A DNA stretch of 64,000 nt from an uncultured Actinomycetes bacterium (GCA_963765785.1 CAVXXW010000010.1:6024-70023), one strand, 5' to 3'. Shown: positions 22,190-31,690, counted from the first letter of the stretch. A program made the numbers and translations. The notes: generated by a model from the sequence alone, not told the origin.

Positions 22190-22921
22190 GTGGCCGGCCA
22201 GTACGTCGCGTACACCTTCTTCAAGGTCGACCCCGGCTGGCGGCGGCTCCCGATCGAGGAGCGCGCAGCCGGGAAGGATGCCTTCGCGGAGACCGTCGAG
22301 GACTTCTCCGGCCGGATGTCCACGCTCCGCGCGTACTCGACCACGGGCGTGCGGCCGGAGACGGACTTCTTCCTCTGGAAGATCACCGAGCGCTACGACG
22401 ACCTGGGCGAGCTCGGCGCGGCGCTGAACGCGACGCCGCTCGCCGGCTGGCTGGCGACCCCGTACTCGTACCTCGCCACGACGAAGGCGTCCGAGTACAC
22501 GAACGCGCGCAAGCCGCGGCAGGTCGTGCCGAAGGGCTCGCCCTATCTCGTCGTCTACCCGTTCGTGAAGCTGCGTTCCTGGTACTCGCTGCCGAAGGAG
22601 GACCGGCAGCGCGCGATGGACGAGCACATGCGAGTCGGACACGAGTTCTCGACGATCCACAACCACACGACCTACTCGTTCGGGATCGACGACCAGGAGT
22701 TCATGACCGTCTTCGAGTGCGACGAGCCTGCCGACTTCATGCACCTGATGCAAACGCTGCGCGAGTCCGAGGCGAGCCGCTACACGGAGCGCGACACGCC
22801 GATATTTGTCGGAGCGCTCTGCTCGATTCGAGAAGCGTTGGACGCCCTAGACGGTGTGGGAGCCGGCCGTGCCAGCAAAGCCGGCACGGCCTCTTCGACG
22901 GCATCGCAAGCGACGCCTTAG
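22190..22921 (+). CDS. hemQ: coproheme decarboxylase / chlorite dismutase-family HemQ
   Basis: YPFVKLRSWYSLPKEDRQRAMDEHMRVG and C-terminal ...ASRYTERDTPIFVG, as in actinobacterial HemQ. Confidence 0.85.
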   Translation: MAGQYVAYTFFKVDPGWRRLPIEERAAGKDAFAETVEDFSGRMSTLRAYSTTGVRPETDFFLWKITERYDDLGELGAALNATPLAGWLATPYSYLATTKASEYTNARKPRQVVPKGSPYLVVYPFVKLRSWYSLPKEDRQRAMDEHMRVGHEFSTIHNHTTYSFGIDDQEFMTVFECDEPADFMHLMQTLRESEASRYTERDTPIFVGALCSIREALDALDGVGAGRASKAGTASSTASQATP

Positions 22922-22980
22922 CAGGCCATCGCGAGGTCCATCCGCGACGAGCTCGACGACGCCGCGGTCACGGCGCGCGC

Positions 22981-23361
22981 CTAGTAGCCGTACGAGTGCT
23001 CGTCGCGCCAGACGCGCCACATCGCGAAGCCCCCGAGCACGAAGACCGCGACGAAGACCAGCAGGTTGAGGCCGCTCCCAACCGACACGAACCACCGTGA
23101 CGCGACGTTGACGACGATCAGCACGGCCGCGCCGTAGAAGACCACGCGCGAGCGCGCCGACCACATCGAGATCTCCTCCCTGTGGTCGCGCCAGAGAAGG
23201 TAGACGAAGAACGCGATCGCGAGGAAGAAGGCGATCTGCGCGAGCAGGAAAAGCGCGGTGAGCGTCTTCTCGAGCTGGAGCACGACGATCACCACCGCGA
23301 TCAGCGCGATGATCAGGAACCCGCGGAGCGTCGGGTTCAGGTCGCGAAATGCGCGCCTCAT
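22981..23361 (-). CDS. small integral membrane protein (about 4 TM)
   Basis: ORF 126 aa, strongly hydrophobic with regular TM spacing. Confidence 0.6.
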   Translation of the reverse strand: MRRAFRDLNPTLRGFLIIALIAVVIVVLQLEKTLTALFLLAQIAFFLAIAFFVYLLWRDHREEISMWSARSRVVFYGAAVLIVVNVASRWFVSVGSGLNLLVFVAVFVLGGFAMWRVWRDEHSYGY

Positions 23362-23388
23362 GCGACCAGGGTAGCCCGCCGCGGAGCG

Positions 23389-23859
23389 TTACCAGCCGAC
23401 GTCGCGCGGCGCCGTGACCATGGTCGCCTCGTCCGGCTCCGACGCAGCGCGGACTCGCTGTGCTTCGCGGGCGGCTTCGCGCAGATTGCCGAGCACCTCT
23501 TTGAGATGCACCTCCATGGCGCGCCGTTCCCGCTCTGATTGCTCGACCTCGTGCCGGAGCACCTTCTTCGCCTGCTCGGCGTCGTCGAGCCGCGCCCTGA
23601 GCTCGCGCTCGTGCGCCTCCGCGTGGTGCGAAGTGGCCTGGACGCTCGCGCTCAGCTTCGCGAGCTCACGCTCGGCCGCCTTCGCCCGTCGCCGGGCCTG
23701 ATCGAGCTCCGCGCGCAGGTTGTGTGCCTCGGTCTCGGCCTTCGTGCGGCGCTTCGCCTCCCGGTCGCGCTCTGCCTGGGCGAGGACGCGTGCCTTCTCG
23801 AGCGAGTCCACCTCCGTCGCCAGCAGCGACAGCTCTCGTGCGAGGTTGCGTGCCTCCAT
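23389..23859 (-). CDS. coiled-coil protein, function unknown
   Basis: ATG at 23859; Ala/Glu/Arg-rich heptad-like sequence (RELSLLATEVDSLEKARVLAQAERDREAKRR...). Confidence 0.55.
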   Translation of the reverse strand: MEARNLARELSLLATEVDSLEKARVLAQAERDREAKRRTKAETEAHNLRAELDQARRRAKAAERELAKLSASVQATSHHAEAHERELRARLDDAEQAKKVLRHEVEQSERERRAMEVHLKEVLGNLREAAREAQRVRAASEPDEATMVTAPRDVGW

Positions 23860-23925
23860 GCGGGCGTCCTTCGACCCGCGCGCGGATCTCCCTCCCGTCC
23901 CGCTCACGGTAATCTGCGGCCCGAC

Positions 23926-24363
23926 GTGGTCGAGGAAGGCAAGCCGGCACCGAACTTCGAGCTCGAGAGCGACAGCGGCGAGACCGTCAAGCTCTCCGAC
24001 CTCCGCGGCAAGCCCGTCGTCCTCTACTTCTACCCCAAGGACGACACACCCGGCTGCACGCGGCAGGCTTGCGGGATCCGCGATACCTGGGGCGAGTTCC
24101 AGCGTGCCGGCGCGGAGGTGTTCGGCATCAGCGCCGACACCGTCGCGTCGCATGAGAAGTTCAAGGAGAAGTACTCGCTCCCGTTCCCGCTTCTCGCCGA
24201 TCCCGAGCACAAGCTCGGCGAGGCGTACGGCGTGGCGCGGGAGGGGAAGAACTCGTACGAGCGCTCGACGTTCGTGATCGACGCCGGCGGCAACGTCGCG
24301 AAGATCATGCGCCGCGTGAACCCCGACCAGCACGCCGACCAGGTGCTCGAGGCGCTCGCATGA
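23926..24363 (+). CDS. bcp: thiol peroxidase / peroxiredoxin Bcp
   Basis: GTG at 23926; GKPVVLYFYPKDDTPGCT active site. Confidence 0.85.
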   Translation: MVEEGKPAPNFELESDSGETVKLSDLRGKPVVLYFYPKDDTPGCTRQACGIRDTWGEFQRAGAEVFGISADTVASHEKFKEKYSLPFPLLADPEHKLGEAYGVAREGKNSYERSTFVIDAGGNVAKIMRRVNPDQHADQVLEALA

Positions 24364-24782
24364 TGTGGTCGCGACGCGATCCGGACCTGGTGCTCGTCGA
24401 GGCCATGCTCGCGCCACCGCCGCTCGACGACGCCCGCCGCTCGCTCGCGTACTGGCAGCAGCGGCGCAGGACGCTGCCGGTCTACCAACGCAGCGCGCGG
24501 CGGGAAGCCCGCGAGATGGAGGCGCGCTGGGAGGGCCGGGTCCGCGAGGCCGAGCTGGTGCGCTTCGAGTCGACCGTTCCCGGGAGGATCCTGAAGGCGG
24601 TCGGGCTCTCGGGCCTCTACGGCAGGATGCTGCCGCTGAACAAGGGGCGGCTCCTGTGGCTCGCCTGGGCGATCGCGCCGCGGCGGCTGAAGCTGGTCGC
24701 GGGCGGCCTGGTCGCGGCCTGGCTGCTCGTCTCGCTCGTCGCCGTGACGGCGCTCGCGGCCGTCGTCTTCCGGCTCGGCTAG
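24360..24782 (+). CDS. hypothetical membrane protein
   Basis: ATGA overlap with the bcp stop; C-terminal TM segment (LVAGGLVAAWLLVSLVAVTALAAVVF). Confidence 0.5.
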   Translation: MMWSRRDPDLVLVEAMLAPPPLDDARRSLAYWQQRRRTLPVYQRSARREAREMEARWEGRVREAELVRFESTVPGRILKAVGLSGLYGRMLPLNKGRLLWLAWAIAPRRLKLVAGGLVAAWLLVSLVAVTALAAVVFRLG

Positions 24783-24791
24783 CCCGTTCGG

Positions 24792-25010
24792 TTAGCTATC
24801 GCCCTGGCGTTCGCCGGAGAACGACTGCTCCCAACCGACGTTCACGAGCATCGCGCCCACCTCGCGGACTGCAAGGGCGATCTCGAGGCCGATCTCTCTG
24901 ATCGCCTCGGTCTCGCGGGCCGTCGACGCACTTGCGCGCAGCTGCTCGAGCAGCCCTTCGAGCCGCTCGATCTCCGCGTAGTTCTTTTGCTCAGGGTTGT
25001 TGACTGCCAT
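24792..25010 (-). CDS. hypothetical small protein (72 aa)
   Basis: ORF with coding-like composition; no recognisable family. Confidence 0.4.
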   Translation of the reverse strand: MAVNNPEQKNYAEIERLEGLLEQLRASASTARETEAIREIGLEIALAVREVGAMLVNVGWEQSFSGERQGDS

Positions 25011-25056
25011 TAGTGCTCGACCAACTCCGCGCCCTCTTCGACCTCTATGACGAAGC

Positions 25057-25096
25057 TATGCGGATGAGAGGACTTGAACCTCCACGGGGTTCTGAG
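25057..25096 (-). repeat. tRNA 3'-end-like 40-bp sequence (att-like), copy 1
   Basis: The reverse complement reads CTCAGAACCCCGT-GGAGG-TTCAAGT-CCTCT-CATCCGC-A (T arm plus acceptor 3' strand). No 5' half is present. Identical to 31651..31690. Confidence 0.75.
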
Positions 25097-25213
25097 TGTA
25101 ATGGCCTGCCGCGGCGAGTCGTGACAGGAAGCCGGTTTGCGCCGGCCGAGGTGCCTCGGATCTCCCCGGTCCGAGTCGGTGTACGGACTGAGCGCGGACT
25201 AGACTCGGCTCTC

Positions 25214-25309
25214 GTGCAGGCCGAGAACGTCGCGCTGATCCCGAAGTGCGCGGAATGCGAGGGCGCGTACTGCCCGAAGTGCGCGGAGCGGGAGGTCGGC
25301 AACGGCTGA
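25214..25309 (+). CDS. zinc-ribbon mini-ORF, copy 1 (31 aa, internally deleted form)
   Basis: GTG start; VQAENVALIPKCAECEGAYCPKCAEREVGNG keeps both CxxC pairs; paralogous to 32038, 33938, 35725 and 35986. Confidence 0.45.
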   Translation: MQAENVALIPKCAECEGAYCPKCAEREVGNG

Positions 25310-25319
25310 CTCGCCGGAC

Positions 25320-25757
25320 CTGTTTCGGAACATCCTGGTCGGCATCGACGACTCGCCGTCCTCGCGGCGGGCGCTCGAGTATGCGATCGGACTCGCCCGA
25401 GCGGGCAATGCCAAGCTGACGCTGATGACAGTTGCGCCGCCGCCCTCGACTTACGTCACCCTGGGCGGGTTGAGCCCCGAGACGATGGGCGCCCAGTTGG
25501 ACAAGTGGGCGAGGGAGGCGTTGGAGGACGCCGCCCAACTCGTCCCTGACGACGTCATCGCGCACAAAGTGCAGGGCAGCGGCCAGGCAGGCCCCGCGAT
25601 CCTGAAGGAGGTCAAGCGTGGACAGTACGACCTGATCGTGCTCGGCTCCCGCGGGCGGGGGCGCGCACAGGAAGGCCTTCTCGGAAGCGTCAACGGCTAC
25701 CTCCACTTCCGCGCGCAGGTCCCGCTACTCACCGTGCCCGAGGAGAGCAGTACCTAG
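25320..25757 (+). CDS. universal stress protein (UspA family)
   Basis: FRNILVGIDDSPSSRRALEYA ... LIVLGSRGRG ... GSV motifs. The family-typical N-terminus has only CTG (25320) as a start; the first ATG is at 25425. Confidence 0.75.
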   Translation: MFRNILVGIDDSPSSRRALEYAIGLARAGNAKLTLMTVAPPPSTYVTLGGLSPETMGAQLDKWAREALEDAAQLVPDDVIAHKVQGSGQAGPAILKEVKRGQYDLIVLGSRGRGRAQEGLLGSVNGYLHFRAQVPLLTVPEESST

Positions 25758-25947
25758 CGTCCGGCTACGCCCCGTTCCCGTCGCCGCCTAGTCGCTCTTT
25801 CGGACATGGCGCGCAGCGTCTGTACCGCCTCCCAGTGCCAGCGCAGCGCCTCGGCGCTGGCCGCCTGGTGAACCCAAAACGGAGAGCGGCCCGATGGACG
25901 GGCCGCTCGACCGAGCACGCGACGGAGGTGTCGTGTGCGCTGTGCGA

Positions 25948-26310
25948 TTACTTGATCGTCAGCTTCAGGTGGTTGTCGTCGGGTGCCTGCTTGACCATCG
26001 TGATCTTGTAGACCCCCGTCGCCTTGAGCGTCAACGACGCCCCGACCTTCGCGTGCTTCGTGCCACCCGGGCCCTTGATAATCAGGGCGGCCTCGTCGAG
26101 GTTGACGAGCTTGACCGGGCCGCTGCGCGTGACCGTCTTGGCGTATTTGCGGTGATTCGGGCCTCCTGCGACGTAGAACCAGTGGCAGCCGGGGTCGTGC
26201 ATCGCGACGATGAGCTTGGTCGGCGTCACTGCGGCATGGTTCACCTGCGCGGCCGCAACCGGCACCGCCAGCATCAGGCCGGCGATCACCGTAAGAGTGA
26301 GTTTGCGCAT
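25948..26310 (-). CDS. small secreted protein, function unknown
   Basis: ATG at 26310 after GGAGG; signal peptide MRKLTLTVIAGLMLAVPVAAA. Confidence 0.65.
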   Translation of the reverse strand: MRKLTLTVIAGLMLAVPVAAAQVNHAAVTPTKLIVAMHDPGCHWFYVAGGPNHRKYAKTVTRSGPVKLVNLDEAALIIKGPGGTKHAKVGASLTLKATGVYKITMVKQAPDDNHLKLTIK

Positions 26311-26466
26311 AACTGCTACCTCCATCGCGTGTCGTTTCGCGAATCAGACACGCCAAGGGGCCACGCTTCGTCCGCGAAGACGCCGATCTAGCCCCGGGAG
26401 AACTAGGGATTCGGGCGGGAGGTGCTCCTCGGTTGTGGAGCGCGCCGCAGCTTCCGCGGGGGTCGG

Positions 26467-26584
26467 CTAGGGCCTAGCCGAGCTGATGCTTGTAGACGAT
26501 CGCCTGAGCCTGCGCCTGCCGCAGCGAAGCGCGCCCACGGGTAGATCGGGCAGCGGCGAGCCCTGAAGCCCGCCGCTGTTCGAC
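26467..26584 (-). pseudogene. remnant of the C-terminus of an HNH-like protein (paralog of 35245..35703)
   Basis: ...GIES... then LRQAQAQAIVYKHQLG*, compared with NGIEASLHRKLCNGTLTLRQARAQEIAYKHRFG* in the intact copy; frames are mixed. Confidence 0.4.
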
Positions 26585-27668
26585 TCAATGCCTAATGCAC
26601 GAGCGGATGCGTGCCCCAGTCGGGCGAACCCGTCTGGCGACCGCGTCGGTTCGTTGCAACCCAGGGCGTTGGGATCGGCGTTCGCGCCCCCGCAGGCCGA
26701 TGTCGGCTGGACGTTGATCTCATGCAGGCCGGTGCCGTCGGTATGCACGACCCAGATCGAGCTGTGCACGTCCGGCGTCACGTGTTGCGAGAAGACCGAT
26801 CTCGTTTCCCTGCGGCGACCAGCTGCCGAAGGAACTGAAATCGAGACCTGCAGGCGTGATCTGCTTGAGCCCGGTTCCGTTGATGTTGACGACGAACAAG
26901 GCGTCGACCGTCGTCCGCAGGAAGACGATCCGCTTCCCGTTCGGCGACCAGTCCCCGGGGATTGTCGTCGCCGCCGGGACTCGAGGTGATCTGCGTGAGG
27001 CCACCGCCATCGGAGGTTCGGATCGTGTGGATGCCGTTCTGACTGCCGTCATCGCTGAACGTCTCGCAGAGGAACAGCCTTCCGTCAGGCGACGGGCTGC
27101 CGCATGGATTGAAGAGCCCCGGGTACCCCGCGTCGACGATGCGGAACGTTCCGTCGTCGGGGTTGATGATCGTTGCGCCGCCGCCGAGCGACGACCCGCA
27201 GGTCGCAATATGGGCGCCTCCGAGAACCACATCGGGCACTCGCCGGTTTCCGTCGGTGCCTGGATGAGCCGCTGGCCCGTGCCGTCCGGGTTGACCAGGT
27301 AGACCTGCGTATCGCCGAGGTCCGGGTTGAACCGGGCGAACGTGAAGCCTTCGGCCGGGCGATAGACCTCGGCCGGAGTCCCGCTCACCGGATCAACATC
27401 GGCCGGGTGACGTTTCTCGAAGTTCGGCCCTGCAAGCCCCACGGGTCGGGTCGACGCCCGCGAGCCAGACGAGACCCTCTTCGACTCCGATTGTGGCCAC
27501 GGCGTAGAGCGTGTACATCGCTGAACGGCGACGTGCCTCCTCATCAGCCCACGCGATGACCGCATGCACGTCCTCTGCCTCGAGAACGCAGTGCTCGGCC
27601 GCCGCCCACATGACCTGCTCCTGCCCTCCTGCAGGAAGGTCCGACTCCGGGAGACGAGGCTGCCGCAA
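26585..27668 (-). pseudogene. TolB/PD40-like beta-propeller protein, fragmented by at least four frameshifts
   Basis: Motifs spread over three frames: FNPDLGDTQVYLVNPDGTGQRLI / SPSPDGRLFLCETF..IHTIRTSDGGGLTQIT / GDWSPNGKRIVFLR..LFVVNINGTGLKQIT / WSPQGNEI / IWVVHTDGTGLHEI. Confidence 0.6.
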
Positions 27669-27861
27669 AAGACCACGTAGAAGTCATGGATCGGCCGCAA
27701 CCAGAAACCCGCATGGGCCCGGCGCGACTCAATCCTCGCCGTCGCATCGTCTGCCGAGCCTAGCTGGGCTCCGGCTCGGAAAAGCGTTAGGGTGCCGCGC
27801 TGGGCAGGGCGTCCGGTCTACGCGCGGGCGATCAAGAACCCAGACATGAGGAGGGAGTCCT

Positions 27862-29445
27862 ATGAGAGTTCGTCAGCGACGATTGCTGATGACGTTGGTC
27901 CTCGCCGGGACGGTGGGAGTCTCGGCAATAGCAGCGCCGAGCGCCTCGGCAACCCTTAAGAGCTTGCCGAACGGCCAGATTGTGTCCTATCTCCCGCTGC
28001 GCTCGGCTCCATCCGGGCCGACCCCGTTCGACCTCGCGTTCAACAACATGGACTACAACGGCGGTCCGGTGATGCCGTCGAATACCGACTACATGCTGAT
28101 GTGGAGCCCGCAGGGCCTAGGGGCCTATCCGGACGGGTTCGTGTCCGGCATTGCCCGCTACTTCAATGACCTCGCCCACGACAACGGAGGCAACCAGAAC
28201 GTCGACTCGGTCGGGCCGCAGTACAACGACCTGACCGGCGCGGTCGCGAACTACGACGTGAGGTTCGGCGGCGTGCTGGTCGACACGGACCCGTACCCAG
28301 CGAGCCAGTGTCCGGTGAATGCCCCGGTGATTAACTGCCTGACCGACGCTCAGATTCAGCAGGAGATCGAGAGCTTCGTCACCGCTCGCCACCTGCCGAC
28401 GGATTTGAGCCAGGAGTACTTCCTGCTGACGCCTCCGCACGTCGAGAGCTGCTTCACCAACGACCCGACCCAGAACTTCGGAGGGTGTTCGGCCGGCATC
28501 GTCCCGGTAAGCCAGTTTGGTGCGTACTGCGCGTATCACCAGAACACGGCCACGCCGACGATGATCTTCTACGCGAACATGCCGTTCGACGCCACGAGCC
28601 CCTTTTGCCAGGACGGCAACTATCCGAACGGGCTGATCTCGGACGGCGAGATCAACGGCGGCCTCAGCCACGAGCACATGGAGTCGGTTACCGACCCGAT
28701 TCCGAACGACGCGTGGACCATCGGCGCCGGGCCGTTTCATGGGTTCGAGGTCGGCGACGTGTGCGTCGCCGACGTGGGCACGCCGCTCGGCACCGCGCCG
28801 AACGGCTCACCGTTCAACCAGGTGATCAACGGGCACCCTTACTGGTACCAGACGGAGTGGAGCAACTTCACCCACAGCTGCGTGCAGCGTGTGACGCTCC
28901 CCAAGCAACTGCCGAAAGCGAAGGAGACGGTCACCGCGGGCAACGGGACCGACATCACGTTCGACTCCACCAAATCGACGGCGCCAGGCGGCGTGGCCCA
29001 GTTCAGCTGGCAGTTCAATGCCGTTCTCGATGCCGAGACCGTCGAGCAGACGACGCCAACGACCACGTACACGTTCCCGGCGCCCGGCGCGTACTCCACC
29101 GGCGTGGCCGTGTTCAACGGCGACGGGCTATCGGCCGGAACCGGTGGGATCGTGGTCACGGGCAAGAACGGGTTCCAGCCGGCGTTCACGGTCTCGCAGG
29201 GTGCAGGCACCACGGTGAACTTCAGCGCGATCACGACCGTGAGTGGCAAGCCCGTTATCAACTACCTCTGGGAGTTCGGGGACGGCACAAGCGGGTCGGG
29301 GCCGACCCCGACGCACACCTATCAGCGACCAGGCTCCTACACGGTGACCGCAGTGCTGTTCAGCGGCGTCGGATCCGCCTTCCCAGGAGACGGCGCTGGA
29401 CCGATCTACCAGCAGAAGATCGCGGTCGGTGCGGGTCCCCACTAA
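27862..29445 (+). CDS. secreted protein: Cys-rich N-terminal domain of unknown function plus two PKD-like domains
   Basis: Signal peptide MRVRQRRLLMTLVLAGTVGVSAIAAPSASA; YNGGPVM and SHEHMESVTDP motifs; C-terminal repeats ending FGDGTSGSGPTPTHTYQRPGSYTVT. Confidence 0.8.
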   Translation: MRVRQRRLLMTLVLAGTVGVSAIAAPSASATLKSLPNGQIVSYLPLRSAPSGPTPFDLAFNNMDYNGGPVMPSNTDYMLMWSPQGLGAYPDGFVSGIARYFNDLAHDNGGNQNVDSVGPQYNDLTGAVANYDVRFGGVLVDTDPYPASQCPVNAPVINCLTDAQIQQEIESFVTARHLPTDLSQEYFLLTPPHVESCFTNDPTQNFGGCSAGIVPVSQFGAYCAYHQNTATPTMIFYANMPFDATSPFCQDGNYPNGLISDGEINGGLSHEHMESVTDPIPNDAWTIGAGPFHGFEVGDVCVADVGTPLGTAPNGSPFNQVINGHPYWYQTEWSNFTHSCVQRVTLPKQLPKAKETVTAGNGTDITFDSTKSTAPGGVAQFSWQFNAVLDAETVEQTTPTTTYTFPAPGAYSTGVAVFNGDGLSAGTGGIVVTGKNGFQPAFTVSQGAGTTVNFSAITTVSGKPVINYLWEFGDGTSGSGPTPTHTYQRPGSYTVTAVLFSGVGSAFPGDGAGPIYQQKIAVGAGPH

Positions 29446-29671
29446 CTAGAGATAACTGACAACCGATGGCCGACACTCGGACTTTGGTGATTGAGGGGCA
29501 GGTACGCATCCTCACCGCCAAAGTCCGGTGCCAGCTTAAGGTGTAACTCTGTAACTGCTGAGTTGCGTCAAAGCCTGACTGCGCTCTGACGACGGTACGC
29601 TCGGCCAGGCGACGTTGCTCTGCTGCGGCTCGTCTCTCGCGTCCGAGGAGGACGACTTCCACGCGCTTTTC

Positions 29672-30202
29672 TTAGGCGCTCCTCTGCGGCGGGGGCCAGG
29701 CGGAAGCGCTGACGACGCCCGGTAGAGCCTTCTCGAAGAGTGCGGCGAGGCGGACGAGCTCGTGCTTGGTGAGTCGGCCGGTGTAGAGCTCGCGCACCGT
29801 AGCGTGGTGGACGACTTGCGCGAGCCGTAGCGCCTCGAGCCCGGACTGGGTCAACGCAGCGAAGGCGGCGCGTCCGTCCGCCGGGTCGGGTTCCCGGCTA
29901 ACGAGACCCTGTTCCTCGAGGCGGAGGACCACTCGGGTGATTCCGCTCGGCGTGAGCATCCGCTGCGCGCCGAGGTCGCTCATGCGCAATCTCAGTCCGG
30001 GGGCGGTGACAAGCGTGATCAGGACGCCGTAGTCGGCGAGCGAGATCAGACCGTCGTGACGGAGGCGGCGGTCGATCTCGCGCATCACGGTTTCTCGGAG
30101 ACGGATCAGCCCTCGCCACGCGTCGAACTCCCCCGGACTGAGGGCCTCCGGCTCCGGCAACTCCTCGAGCCAGTGCTCGGGTTCGGATCGATTACTTGAC
30201 AT
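29672..30202 (-). CDS. MarR-family transcriptional regulator
   Basis: Winged HTH (LRMSDLGAQRMLTPSGITRVVLRLEEQGLVSREPDPADGRA). Confidence 0.85.
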   Translation of the reverse strand: MSSNRSEPEHWLEELPEPEALSPGEFDAWRGLIRLRETVMREIDRRLRHDGLISLADYGVLITLVTAPGLRLRMSDLGAQRMLTPSGITRVVLRLEEQGLVSREPDPADGRAAFAALTQSGLEALRLAQVVHHATVRELYTGRLTKHELVRLAALFEKALPGVVSASAWPPPQRSA

Positions 30203-30215
30203 GTTGAAATAACAT
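30196..30215. promoter_or_regulatory. AT-rich divergent MarR/cupin control region with TTGACA and a short palindrome
   Basis: TTGACA at 30196, followed by ATGTT-GAAAT-AACAT (30201-30215); I could not place a -10 element. Confidence 0.3.
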
Positions 30216-30287
30216 TTGCGAGCATCTACTTGCGTGTGTGAAGTATATCGACCGGCCCGGCCGGTCCTCCAGAAAAAGGGGATAGAA

Positions 30288-30758
30288 ATGACATCTCTTC
30301 AGACCAAGGTTCTCGCCCCAGGCGAAGGACTGCGACTCCAGTCCGGTCCAGGACGCGACCTCGTCTTCAAGGTCACCGGCGAGGACACCGACGGAGCGTT
30401 CGACTACTTCACCGTCGAAGTCGCTCCAAAGGGCGGGCCGCCGCTCCACGTCCACCACCATCAAGAGGAGACGATTCACGTTCTGAAGGGCCAGTACAAG
30501 ATCCAGATCGGTGACGAGACGTTCCACTGCACGGAAGGCGGCTTCGCCTACATGCCGTCGGGCGTCCCCCACGCGTTCCTCAACCTGACGGACGACCCGG
30601 GCGAGATCGTCGTGGTCTACACCCCGGGTGGCGGCCACAAGTTCTACGAAGAGCTAGGCCCGCTGACGCGAAATGGGACGCCCGACCGTGCAGCCGTCGC
30701 CGCCGTCTTCGAGAAGTACGACATGACACTACTGGGGCCGCCGCTGACCGATGACTGA
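30288..30758 (+). CDS. cupin-domain protein
   Basis: ATG at 30288 after AAAAAGGGGA; GPPLHVHHHQEE ... VPHAF cupin motifs. Confidence 0.8.
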   Translation: MTSLQTKVLAPGEGLRLQSGPGRDLVFKVTGEDTDGAFDYFTVEVAPKGGPPLHVHHHQEETIHVLKGQYKIQIGDETFHCTEGGFAYMPSGVPHAFLNLTDDPGEIVVVYTPGGGHKFYEELGPLTRNGTPDRAAVAAVFEKYDMTLLGPPLTDD

Positions 30759-30794
30759 ACCTGAACACCTCTGAGGCGCAAATGCACTGCCGGC

Positions 30795-31448
30795 TCATGT
30801 GACATTCGCGGACGCTGGCGCAGTGGGCGTTCTTGTAACCCGGCAGTAGGTTGGGTCACCGTGGCAGCGGGTTCGGGCCGGTCGCGTCACGAGGCGCTGC
30901 GGGACCCAGTCGTCGACGTGGACGAAGCCATCGAACGTCGCGCCCCCAAGGACGCAGGAGTCGTAGAGCGAACGGCGGTAGAACTTCACGTGGGTGAAGT
31001 CCTCGAAGAGCACGTAGTACGGCTCGGTGTCGGCGTTCTGGAACTGTTGCCCGGTCAGGACCGCTCGATGCTTGCGGGAGAAGGCGTCGACGTCCTCACC
31101 GACGACGACGCCGAGGTGCTCGAGGCCCATCCGGTAGACGCGTTGGTGAACGGGCGGGATGAGCTCGATGAGCGAAACCGGAGTCCCGTCGAGGACATCG
31201 AGCGGCTCGGCGAGGACGATCTTGAAGATCGGCCGGCCGTTCCAGACGCTCTCGAAATTGGCGGTCGCGTGGCGTTCCAGCAGGGTCCGCTGATGGACGT
31301 ACAGGTCCCAGTCGGGCACGCGCACTGCGAGATGGCTGAGGGCGTACGGCGCGATGTCGATGCCCCGCGCGATGAGCCGGTCGCGCTGCGTCACCGCGAA
31401 GGCTCGATAGTCCCCGATGATCTCGGCGATCGGATCAGACGTCACCAC
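30795..31448 (-). CDS. VOC/YecM-like metal-binding protein
   Basis: ORF 217 aa; LSHLAVRV...W and LEHLGVVV motifs reminiscent of the YecM/VOC fold; weak call. Confidence 0.55.
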   Translation of the reverse strand: MVTSDPIAEIIGDYRAFAVTQRDRLIARGIDIAPYALSHLAVRVPDWDLYVHQRTLLERHATANFESVWNGRPIFKIVLAEPLDVLDGTPVSLIELIPPVHQRVYRMGLEHLGVVVGEDVDAFSRKHRAVLTGQQFQNADTEPYYVLFEDFTHVKFYRRSLYDSCVLGGATFDGFVHVDDWVPQRLVTRPARTRCHGDPTYCRVTRTPTAPASANVT

Positions 31449-31650
31449 GTGACATCCTCCTCCGCGATAGTACGAGATGCACGGCCGAACACACGGTCCC
31501 GGGTCGGTCTCACGTAGGTAGTCAGTTCCCCGGGCGCGACGCTCTCAGGAGGCACTCGACCTACCCTGCCATCTGCTGGCTCCCCCACGTTTACGGACTG
31601 AGCGCGGACGGACGGGCGGCTAACCGCACGGAACCCCTGCACGTCTCACG

Positions 31651-31690
31651 TATGCGGATGAGAGGACTTGAACCTCCACGGGGTTCTGAG
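31651..31690 (-). repeat. tRNA 3'-end-like 40-bp sequence (att-like), copy 2
   Basis: 40/40 identical to 25057..25096; no 5' tRNA half is adjacent. Confidence 0.75.

Noticed and set aside
25057-25201. Possibility that the tRNA-like sequence is an intact tRNA or the 3' end of tmRNA
   Set aside because: No complementary 5' acceptor strand (GCGGATG) occurs within 75-95 nt for a tRNA or 300-450 nt for tmRNA at either copy. No D arm or anticodon arm can be folded. I treat both copies as fragments.
29455-29662. Possible small gene in the lower-GC spacer between the PKD protein and MarR (track ORF 29360..29662, minus strand)
   Set aside because: The ORF runs into the 3' end of the PKD gene and has no RBS or recognisable motif. 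The spacer may simply be foreign non-coding DNA.
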